Shown here: piece after piece, positions 28,601-36,745 of the stretch
How the letters are laid out: every line of letters begins with the position of its first letter
How positions within the stretch are numbered: the first letter of the stretch is position 1
NCBI GenBank assembly: GCA_016934395.1
Contig: JAFGSZ010000087.1
Location: 6,700-70,699 of the forward strand
Source: Bacteroidales bacterium
Lineage (GTDB): Bacteria > Bacteroidota > Bacteroidia > Bacteroidales > UBA10428
Direction of reading: 5' to 3'
DNA length: 64,000 nucleotides
The notes under the pieces: generated by a model
The model's input: only the letters and a program-made list of their open reading frames with translations
Database searches by the model: none
Told to the model about the DNA's origin: nothing
Program-made: the position numbers and the translations under genes

Positions 28601-31600
28601 AGAGAAGTAACCGGAGTAACCAGCAAATCGTAAAAATCCGTTGACGTTGATCCCTGCAGTGTTTGGATGCCGCCATTAAAAGTTGTGAGGTTATTATAAT
28701 GGTTATAGGCGCCATTGTTGGTAAAGTCACCCTTGATAGTTACATCTATATTATAGGTAGTATTGGCATCAAAAAAACTCCTGTTGTTGGTAAGTGTCAC
28801 ATCGCCATTTAATACCAGGGGACTGATCAACAGGGTAACCGTGGCATTGCGGGGAATACCCGTAGTTTTTCCTGTAATAGTCAGATCATTAAGGGCAACA
28901 TTAGCATCAAGTATATAATTTTGAACAGCATCTACCACCGGACCAACAGGCGGGCTCTGGCTAAAAAGAATTTCACCACCGGTAACAGAACCTGATTCCG
29001 GTCGCAAGTATAAATCTCCAAAGGTATTGCCCCCGCCACCTCGAACAATGGCAAGAGTACCACCAGACATGTTAAATACACTACCGCTGTTAAGTATTTC
29101 AAGTTTTGCATTTGTGCTGATTGCAGCATGCCCATTAATTACAACCGTTCCCCCGCTTTGCGTATAGGATAAAATACCATTAGTTGTGGCAGGATTGCGA
29201 CGTATCTGCCCATTAACGATTAAATTTCCACCCTTTACATCGATAGCCGAAGCGCCCCCTCCGGAATATTCTATATCGTTATCATTGTTTGTGGTGCCAT
29301 TCGTCTGTCCAACGTAAACATTTCCATTTATAAGAGTAAGTCTGCCATTCAGATAGAGGTCATTTGTGCCGGATGCAGCATCTGCAATTAGAATATTCCT
29401 GCTATTAGCGTTAGTATAATCAACATATAAACCCGCAGTAGATGGAATCGTAAATGTACTTACCTGGGTAATTGTAAAATCGGTCCCGGGATCAGTAAGC
29501 ATATATCGAAGGGTGCCATTTAACAACGAGAGCCAGTTATCCGCCGGAGTAATTAGTGTTCCGCCGATATCGATAGTTAGCAGCGTTGCCTGTGAATTAC
29601 CCTTGTTCACGATAAGACTTTCGAAATTGGTATAAGGTGTACTTCCGGTGGCTGGTGTAGTTCCAGTATTGGTCACCGAGGCTGAGTTGTTCCCGAAAAA
29701 GGTAACGGGTAGCAATCGAAAATCGCACCTGCTGGGTGTGGATGTGCCACCTGCATTGGTATTTGTAGTGTTATTGATCAGGCTGCCGCCAATGGATAAA
29801 CTTTGACTTGTAGCGCCACTCCACACATCAATAGCTGCCAAAGGAGCCACTTTAACATCCCCATGAACTACAATATTTTGTGCAATAGCGCCATTCCCAT
29901 ACCAAATGAGGGCGCCGCCCTGTATATCCAGATTACCGTTTATTGTAATTGTCTTTGGAACTCTTACTATTGGCGCCGTTGGATAATTTGTATTCCAGGT
30001 TGGTAAGAACCATGAATCAGCATTCTGGCCCCTGGTAATACAGTTTCCATATATCAGAAGATCTCCGTTGGGGAAAATAATATTTGAACCACCAAGTGGT
30101 GAAAGTATCAGGTTACCGTAGGAAGAAACATTATTGGGCAACCAATAAGTTGTCCCGGCAATGGGATTCACGGAATATAATTCGGTAGTTCCCAGGTTAA
30201 TATTAAATTCGGAAAAATCGCCCGAAGGAAAAGCGTAAGTACTTCCATCGGCATAATTGGTGGTTAATCTGAAAATACCATTCCCATTGGTGTGTGATCT
30301 CACTATACCAAAATTACAGCCCGGGTTGTTTTCAATATCAAGCACAGAACCCGATTCTATTTGCAAACTGGCACAACTAACCACTGAATTATTTAGCTGA
30401 TAATAAGTGGCAGGAGGAGCCGGAGGAATTGTAATGATTGGTGCAGCATATAAATATACCGAATCATTTCCGCCAATAATCACAATATCGGATGCCCCGG
30501 GAACCATAGCGGGTACATTATCAATTGTGTGACTGGTCAGTGACCATGTATTCACATCGCTCCAAAGTCCTGATTGCCGGCTGTAATAAATATTCGGGGT
30601 GCCAAATGGATCGGTTGCATTAATATCTCCTGCAGTATATTCACCATCAATAAAACTTACATTTTCCATAAAACTTCCACTGCCCGGTTCACCAATGCGG
30701 TTGATCACTTCGTCCACATCGTTAATAGTGCCTTTTGTCCATGTATAGGCTGAACTGTTGTACCTGGCAGCCACATAATCATTTTCAGTTACATCACCAC
30801 CATCTACAACATCATTCTCAGAGTAAATATAGGTATGATTGACCTTTGCAGAACCGAGGGTAAATCCGGAAGACACAACTCTCCAAAAATAAGTCAGGCT
30901 TCTATCGCTCGTAGTAACATTAGAATGCTCATACCCTACCGGGATAACCGTTATTGAACCAAAAACCGATGGCGCGGTACCAAAACCAATTGAGGCAGGT
31001 GAATAATTTGCAGCGATATGACTTGCTGAAGGAGCCCCGACCGGAAAATTAAAAGTTGTGCTTGATAAATAAACCTTAGTCAATCCACCATCTCCAGCAT
31101 TACCGCTGGTTTGAATATATCTGTTCGCGCCGGCACCAATAACAGAAGCCGATGGTCCAAGTCTTAAATTATAGGTACCAATATTAAAAAGTTTATCCTG
31201 TGAAAGAGTAAGGGTCCCATTCACAGTGATATTAGCAGCCAAAGAAACCGGAGCAGAAAGGGTATTTGTATTGTTAAGTTCGATATTTTGGAAAATACCG
31301 TCTCCATTACCTGTAATAAGCTGTGGATCATCATCAGCCAGTACAATTTTACCTGTTCCTGAATGAACACCGGAATTGTATAAATAAGAAGTCGTAGTGG
31401 TTGCCGAAGTGGTAAAGTTTATTATTTTCCCTCCGTCAACCAGGTTGCCGTTCAGAATCATCACAGAATCAGCAACTGAAATTATCGATTGGGATCCATC
31501 CAGGGTCAACGATGTTCCTGTTGGTTTATCTAGCTTAAATTTTTTCAACGATAATGCAATAGTAGTATTTACAAAAAAACTCTGGCTGCCTAAACCGTTA

Positions 31601-34600
31601 AATATAGTCCAGTTATTCCCCGGAGTATAGGAAGTTCCATTTGTTATGCTAAAATCTCCACCTACTGAAACATTAAGATCGTTTGTATTAAAATCTCCAG
31701 AGGTCAGAGTTAAATCGTTTAAAACTTTTAAGGGGTAGGTACTCAGAAGCACCACCGATGTGCTGCTTGCCCTGTTAATATTGAGGTTTCCCAGGCTGGC
31801 ATTTGAAATAATAATCTGGTTAGGAGAATCCCCGCCTGTTCCGGTAGTAGGAATTAATTCCAGTGTTCCACCTGTAATGTTAATATTCCCGGTAGAGGAC
31901 AATACTTCGAAAACTTTCTGCTGATTTGCTACCGAGCCATTACCACAGATATCGTAAATGCGAATTGTACCTCCGGATATAGCAAATACATTGGCAGCAT
32001 TATTCACATTAAAAGTTCCCTTAATACCTTCAAGGCCGGCCGTGGACCTGTTGGTATTCAGGGTAGATGTTGTAACATCAATAAGATCATCCACACTTGT
32101 ATATGCAATTGGGGTGCGCTGAAAACGGCCGCGTAAAATGAATGTTCCACCAGACTGGTCGAATGATGCCAATCCACCTGCACCTCCGGCCGCACGGAAT
32201 TGCTTGGCATCCAACGTACCTCCGTTAATTACAAACTGTCCTGATGCCAAATCCCAGGTTATAAAACCTCCCGATTCACGTGTAGAGAAATAACCATTAT
32301 TAATCTGTATTTTTCCATATATCGAAAACGAGCTGCATCCACCGGTACCAACCCCAATTGCTGCATCGTTTGGTGCATTAACATTGTAGGCTACATTCAC
32401 TTCCTTATAATCATCAGCTGTGGATAATACTACCACATCGGGTCCGTCAAGAACCAACGCGCCATTGGCTGGAATATAAAAATCGGAATTAGGACTTGCG
32501 CCTCCCTCGGCGCAAGTACCTTCTGAAAGAGATGGAATTGTGGTTAAACCTTTCAAAATTAATGATCCTGTCCGAATCCACAGCGCTTTTTTCAGGTTAG
32601 GATTACTACCCCCTCCATCCCCACCTGCTATATTGGCTCCAAAAAGTCTGAAGTTAGGATAAGCTGTTGAATACACCGTTAGAGAAAAACTCTGGTCGAC
32701 ACCTTTATCTAATACAAGATTGTAGAAATCAGTAGTATTATTGCAGGTAAGTGTATTATTGGTCGCTCCCATAAAATAAACGGTGGCAAAACCGGTTGTA
32801 GCTCCCAGGGTTATTGGTGGAAAAAAATTATACAAAGGATAACTCAGATTGGTAAACCGCACTGTTCCATTATTTGTAAAATTGCCATAAAGCGCTATCC
32901 TGTGTGAATGGGCATCGTAATAATTTATAAATGGCGCTGCCGTTGAAGTGACAATATTTAAAGGACTGGTGGTTGTGTTTGTAACCCCTGTTCCAACGGT
33001 TATGGAAGCTCCATTATCGACGGTAACATCTCCGTAAACAGTCAGTTGCCGCTTGTTAGCTGTGTTATCATTAATCCTGAAAGTTCCCTGTTTTACCTGC
33101 AGATTGCCATAAATTATTAAATTATTTAACTGTGTGCCAATTGCTCCGGGAGCATTTATTCGTAAATTATTGTATAAAGTCTGTGGAACCGGTAATGTAA
33201 AATTGGCAGTATTATAATATTCTGTTGTTCCTCCTTCTGCATTTACAAAGGTATTTATTAGAGCTGCAGGAAAACTTTCAGAGGCAAGTTTCAGTAATCC
33301 CTGTCCATTAAGTTTCGAAAGACCAGCTGTAAAACTAAAAGTGCTCATGTTAAGAATACCGCCGCTGTTAATATTCAATTCGAGGCCGGAAGCAATAACA
33401 TCACCAGATAAGCTGACAGTTCTGCCATCGAGTATAACAACCACATCATTGTTTCCGGGAATAGTGGTACCAACCTGTGTTGTTCCACCCGGGTCTGAAG
33501 TCCATGTTGAAGGCATATTCCAGTCACCGGTTTGATAGGAATAATAAGTTCCCAAAACACTGGCTGTCCATGAGGAAGTTGTTGTTCCAATATCAGTAGT
33601 ATTTGTAATGGTAAAATTTTGGATCCCAAAACTTGCTGTGCCTGTTGGTACCTGCCAGACTCCCTCACCGGGTTTCATCCAAACAGTTGTAGGGGAAAGA
33701 ACGGCTTCAGCCGGATCATATTGAAAAGTGGCTGTCATTGTTTTTCCACCAGTGCTGGTAATAACATCCCAGTACTTGCTTACACTTTTTGAACCCAGGG
33801 TACCCGAAGGAACTGCTTTTAAACTTAGGGTACCTGTAACAGTACCTGATATTGCCGAAATGCTCATTGGGGAGTAGTAACCGCCTGAACCAACAGGAAA
33901 GAGTATTGGAGTTGTTGCCTGCGCATTTCTGATAAAATCACCTGTGCCGTTGGTTTCGATCATGCTCGTTGAACCCGGAGTACCTTGGATAGCATTAACC
34001 AAATTGTTAGTTAAGATAAGATCATAATTGCCCAATTGTATTACCCCGTTTTCTAAAGCAAGAACGCCTTCAACTGTTGATGTTCCCTGTAAGGATTTAT
34101 TTCCGCCATTTGAAACAGTTAGATTATAATAAGTATAGGCACCCACGTTCTGATCGCCATTCTTATTGTAATTAATAAATCCCGAAGTTGGCGCAGCTCC
34201 GCCTCCGCCATAAGTACTGGTAATACCTCCCCCTGTTATTGTGCCACCAACATTTAAAGTACCCGTATCTGTAAATCGAATATAAGTGCGGTTATTAGTG
34301 TTATCCATAGTAATATCACCAGATACATTAACAGTACCGGTACTTATTTCAATATATGAATCACGGTTATTATTATTTGTTGCACTCAATGAAATGGACC
34401 CGGTAGTATACGTTCCGGTATTTACCAAAATTGCCTTCCAGTCGCCAGTTGAATTTGATGAAATAGAAGTTGCACCGGTTACAGTCAGTATATAAGCACC
34501 GGAAAATGTTAACCACGAATCTTGATTACCTCCTGGGATTTCTATAGAACCAATAACATTTGCAGGAGAAACATCAAGAGTAATGATATGATTATTACCA

Positions 34601-34980
34601 ATCGTAACATTTCCTGTACCCGTATTTTGTCCGGGATATGAAGTAGCTGCAGACCAGTTTCCGGCAGTTATACATTGCTGCCACGTACCCGGAACACTCC
34701 AATTTCCAATTGCATTTGACCGGTAATCTCCTACTGACTGACCAACTAATTCAAAACTGCTAAAAAAATATACACTCGCGGCCAATACAGTAATTTGCAC
34801 CAAATGCTTTCTGCCAGTTTTAAATCTTCCAATGTTTTTATAATGAAAAAAAGAAATAAAGAAAAGAACCCATAAACGAATTTTAAACAAAACAAATTCA
34901 GAGTCACTGTTCAGACTCAAAAACCGGAGATTATAACTACATCCCGATTTAAGCTGCTTATGGTTGCCTATGTATTGCAC
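25636..34980 (-). CDS. giant (about 3050-3114 aa) secreted Asn/Thr/Gly/Ser-rich repeat protein, predicted beta-helix-like fibre with C-terminal Ig/PKD-like modules
   Basis: One uninterrupted ORF. A signal-peptide-like segment lies at aa ~55-82 (RKHLVQITVLAASVYFFSSFELVGQS). Four super-modules each open with Y.S...G.W.....W and close with F.[FY]P[VI]G...Y[FW]W.V. The last ~280 aa are three Ig-like modules. The start codon is uncertain: codon 1 is GTG and there is no in-frame ATG before aa 225. Confidence 0.8.
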   Translation of the reverse strand: MQYIGNHKQLKSGCSYNLRFLSLNSDSEFVLFKIRLWVLFFISFFHYKNIGRFKTGRKHLVQITVLAASVYFFSSFELVGQSVGDYRSNAIGNWSVPGTWQQCITAGNWSAATSYPGQNTGTGNVTIGNNHIITLDVSPANVIGSIEIPGGNQDSWLTFSGAYILTVTGATSISSNSTGDWKAILVNTGTYTTGSISLSATNNNNRDSYIEISTGTVNVSGDITMDNTNNRTYIRFTDTGTLNVGGTITGGGITSTYGGGGAAPTSGFINYNKNGDQNVGAYTYYNLTVSNGGNKSLQGTSTVEGVLALENGVIQLGNYDLILTNNLVNAIQGTPGSTSMIETNGTGDFIRNAQATTPILFPVGSGGYYSPMSISAISGTVTGTLSLKAVPSGTLGSKSVSKYWDVITSTGGKTMTATFQYDPAEAVLSPTTVWMKPGEGVWQVPTGTASFGIQNFTITNTTDIGTTTSSWTASVLGTYYSYQTGDWNMPSTWTSDPGGTTQVGTTIPGNNDVVVILDGRTVSLSGDVIASGLELNINSGGILNMSTFSFTAGLSKLNGQGLLKLASESFPAALINTFVNAEGGTTEYYNTANFTLPVPQTLYNNLRINAPGAIGTQLNNLIIYGNLQVKQGTFRINDNTANKRQLTVYGDVTVDNGASITVGTGVTNTTTSPLNIVTSTAAPFINYYDAHSHRIALYGNFTNNGTVRFTNLSYPLYNFFPPITLGATTGFATVYFMGATNNTLTCNNTTDFYNLVLDKGVDQSFSLTVYSTAYPNFRLFGANIAGGDGGGSNPNLKKALWIRTGSLILKGLTTIPSLSEGTCAEGGASPNSDFYIPANGALVLDGPDVVVLSTADDYKEVNVAYNVNAPNDAAIGVGTGGCSSFSIYGKIQINNGYFSTRESGGFITWDLASGQFVINGGTLDAKQFRAAGGAGGLASFDQSGGTFILRGRFQRTPIAYTSVDDLIDVTTSTLNTNRSTAGLEGIKGTFNVNNAANVFAISGGTIRIYDICGNGSVANQQKVFEVLSSTGNINITGGTLELIPTTGTGGDSPNQIIISNASLGNLNINRASSTSVVLLSTYPLKVLNDLTLTSGDFNTNDLNVSVGGDFSITNGTSYTPGNNWTIFNGLGSQSFFVNTTIALSLKKFKLDKPTGTSLTLDGSQSIISVADSVMILNGNLVDGGKIINFTTSATTTTSYLYNSGVHSGTGKIVLADDDPQLITGNGDGIFQNIELNNTNTLSAPVSLAANITVNGTLTLSQDKLFNIGTYNLRLGPSASVIGAGANRYIQTSGNAGDGGLTKVYLSSTTFNFPVGAPSASHIAANYSPASIGFGTAPSVFGSITVIPVGYEHSNVTTSDRSLTYFWRVVSSGFTLGSAKVNHTYIYSENDVVDGGDVTENDYVAARYNSSAYTWTKGTINDVDEVINRIGEPGSGSFMENVSFIDGEYTAGDINATDPFGTPNIYYSRQSGLWSDVNTWSLTSHTIDNVPAMVPGASDIVIIGGNDSVYLYAAPIITIPPAPPATYYQLNNSVVSCASLQIESGSVLDIENNPGCNFGIVRSHTNGNGIFRLTTNYADGSTYAFPSGDFSEFNINLGTTELYSVNPIAGTTYWLPNNVSSYGNLILSPLGGSNIIFPNGDLLIYGNCITRGQNADSWFLPTWNTNYPTAPIVRVPKTITINGNLDIQGGALIWYGNGAIAQNIVVHGDVKVAPLAAIDVWSGATSQSLSIGGSLINNTTNTNAGGTSTPSRCDFRLLPVTFFGNNSASVTNTGTTPATGSTPYTNFESLIVNKGNSQATLLTIDIGGTLITPADNWLSLLNGTLRYMLTDPGTDFTITQVSTFTIPSTAGLYVDYTNANSRNILIADAASGTNDLYLNGRLTLINGNVYVGQTNGTTNNDNDIEYSGGGASAIDVKGGNLIVNGQIRRNPATTNGILSYTQSGGTVVINGHAAISTNAKLEILNSGSVFNMSGGTLAIVRGGGGNTFGDLYLRPESGSVTGGEILFSQSPPVGPVVDAVQNYILDANVALNDLTITGKTTGIPRNATVTLLISPLVLNGDVTLTNNRSFFDANTTYNIDVTIKGDFTNNGAYNHYNNLTTFNGGIQTLQGSTSTDFYDLLVTPVTSLSLIRDITVFNDLTLNAGQLLGSTFKINVKGDMVNNANYDGDPGTGGLILNGSSLQHVSGTGTFGRLELDNTEGARILNNITLQKNLILTNGVFNINQYLLTLGVNSNIEGSSFNSTKMIASDGVFSNVGIKKFFSIYSGPELSFTYPIGTASKYTPAELTYTSITNVGSIRINNINSHHPGILDAANVLQYFWEVESSGINGFSGKLALNYKDADVFVSGSNSEADFIAARLLIPGTSWIKAAPGAGTDNVDETGNRISYNYTSSNNLSGEYTAGIDIAIPNQVPEYTSLADGSWSDKDNWVQTGGDTYPCPPGGPNGFVVIVDHDINVDASFCSAYRTTINGKLNIIAPYFGHNLGTINGNGTFYLEGSTLPAGKYNSFFDCSGNSTLEYGGSSDYGIVADLFSSVPNLHFTGSGKRTLPNKDLTICKKLIIDGPVLDNSINNRKLTILGTMELYNTGAFISGSGVGATVSFSGSEAQTIGGSLGDFTGTNSFNNLEINNPAGLSINANGEIEVSGNLLLTNGTIQTDSANTLTINNVAINCVIPSAGSSSSFVNGPLIKKINQGDSFLFPIGKGTTLGSKMSLSSTRTGTLLWTAEYFTPNPTSTNLTSPLSYVNAKEYWAVRAGPGNQAVVNIQWDPLSDLTPLMTENGLSDMYVAGYNTGVGSWQSIGSGTIGDNNNGTVYTSSRVTFPSAISGNYTVACINSTKPRASLTPAGAICGTDGIPVSFTTTIPANLNYILSYTKNGIAQAPVTVSSLPYLLPTEATGAIYQLTSFTYNNPPDAGPVRTGVVDPGTVTTYALPTVADAGIDQSICGGTSTTLAGNVPVLGTGLWTILTGAGGTLVQPTVTNSLFNGTNGTTYTLRWTISNGACTSSDNVIINFPLLPIQPGMFISSLDYVCQNTAGVMYSVNNDATATYNWNYTATGVSLNGTGNSITLDYSDIATSGTLSVTTTNGCGTSSPLTLDVTVYTLPPTSPIYHDLEEN

Positions 34981-35754
34981 TTTTTCAGATACATGATCGG
35001 GTTGATTTTATAATTGAAATAAAATGTTCATCAAGCAATAGATTACTGAAAGTCAACACTATAAATCTTCCAGATGTATTAATCAGCAGATCCAATCCGT
35101 CTTATGAAATACAAAATCAAATTTTTCCTTAACAAATATTCTCATGGTTGACTTTTAAATTACCTCTATACTATGTTGTTACGAATCAGCATATTCAATG
35201 TTGTTCAGATACAAATGATATATATTTAAGTAATTGATGACTTCTATCATCGCGCTTACCATAGAATAACCGATAGTAACAATTTATATCTTTACATTTA
35301 TTGTAATTAAGATTGGATTAAAAGGACCAAATTCCAATTCCATTTTATTACTTATTACTATTGCAAATCTTGATTACCATTCTTTCATTGATTTGCACCC
35401 TGTTAGTTAATGACTGAATGAGCAAAAAAGCTTGTGCTTTAATAACATGCTGATTTTCAAGATGTAATGTAAAATATTGAAGTTTACAAAAAATCAAATT
35501 TGAGAATTACTTATTTCCTCTAAGGATTCATTACGGGAACAACAGGAATCATGAAACCGAATCTGTCAATTGCCTTAGAATTATTCAAGATATATTATAA
35601 GAAAACTTGTTTGAATGTTGCTTATGTTTAGAAATATGAAAAAACATAATTATTAAAAAAATTCTTTGTCTTTGTATGTATCTCAGAAAAGAAAAATATA
35701 TACGGACAAAGGAATTCATTGCTGAAAAATATTCACGATGAACTTCCTGTTAAT

Positions 35755-36495
35755 TCAGTTTTCCTGATGTATGACATTTTCTATTTCTACATATACCTGT
35801 TCCACAATTTCTTCAATATCCCGATTGACGGGCTCTATCGGATCAAGAACCGTATATGTAATTTTTTGTCCGAATTGTAAGGGAAAATATCCTTTTGTCA
35901 TGAGCCGGCTGTGCCCGTTAATAACAAAAGGGACAATAACTGCCGAAGGAGCGGCACGAAGTAAGGTGTGGATCCCGCCTGTCATAAATTTTTTCAGCTT
36001 TCCGGTTTTGCTGCGTGTACCTTCAGGAAAAATACAGGCTGCATAATTGTTTTCCTGAATAAGACGACCAAGCTTAAATATTTCCTTTACAGCCTGTGAT
36101 CCGTTTTTCCGGTCGATTAATGCTGATTTTCCATGCCGTAAATTATAAGAGATACTTGGTATATTTTTAGACAGCTCAATTTTTGAAATAAATTTCGGGT
36201 AGTACTTTTTAAATCCATGCACCACTGCCGGAATATCGTACATGCTCTGATGGTTTGAAACAATAATAAGGGGCCGGTTATCCGGAATTTTTTCAAATCC
36301 CGAAAATTTTACTCTGCATCCCAACAAGTATAACCCCCTGACAAGGGAAAGATTAAGGAAATCGACCACTCCTTTTCGTGCCCTATCACCAAATAGAAGT
36401 TGTGCGCCCACCTGGATGGGATGGAACAAACCCAACATAAGAAAATAATAAATGTAGAATACAGGGGTGAGCAGATAACTAAAAATGAGTTTCAT
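35755..36495 (-). CDS. lysophospholipid (1-acyl-sn-glycerol-3-phosphate) acyltransferase family protein
   Basis: HX4D motif NHQSMYD and FPEGTRS motif, with an N-terminal TM segment. The likely start is ATG 36495 (MKLIFSYLL...); the track ORF extends to 36621. Confidence 0.8.
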   Translation of the reverse strand: MKLIFSYLLTPVFYIYYFLMLGLFHPIQVGAQLLFGDRARKGVVDFLNLSLVRGLYLLGCRVKFSGFEKIPDNRPLIIVSNHQSMYDIPAVVHGFKKYYPKFISKIELSKNIPSISYNLRHGKSALIDRKNGSQAVKEIFKLGRLIQENNYAACIFPEGTRSKTGKLKKFMTGGIHTLLRAAPSAVIVPFVINGHSRLMTKGYFPLQFGQKITYTVLDPIEPVNRDIEEIVEQVYVEIENVIHQEN

Positions 36496-36745
36496 GAAAT
36501 AATTGTGATGTTTTGAAATATAAAAAAACAAATTTAAACGCTTAATCCGGAAATTTTCTCCGTATTCAAAAAAAGTTATCCGGATTTCAGCATAACAGGA
36601 GAAAAGATAATTGTCTAACAAAACATAAGAATATCTCTAATGATATGCAATTACTTTTCAATTTCAGGAAAATTCAGTATCGGATTTTTGGTACTGTAGA
36701 AACTATAAGTTATCTTTTATAAGGTATTTTTAAAGCAACACAATA

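Noticed and set aside
25636-34980. About a dozen 60-97-aa ORFs on both strands inside the giant gene (for example 26792..27022, 27163..27417, 27303..27557, 33375..33668).
   Set aside because: All are nested in or antisense to one uninterrupted 9.3-kb frame that has a clear domain structure. They have no motifs and odd composition, so they are shadow ORFs.
25636-34980. The giant protein as an autotransporter, an RHS/polymorphic toxin or an RTX protein.
   Set aside because: It has no C-terminal beta-barrel-like region, no YD/RHS repeats, no GGxGxD nonapeptides and no toxin-like C-terminal tip. It ends in Ig-like modules.
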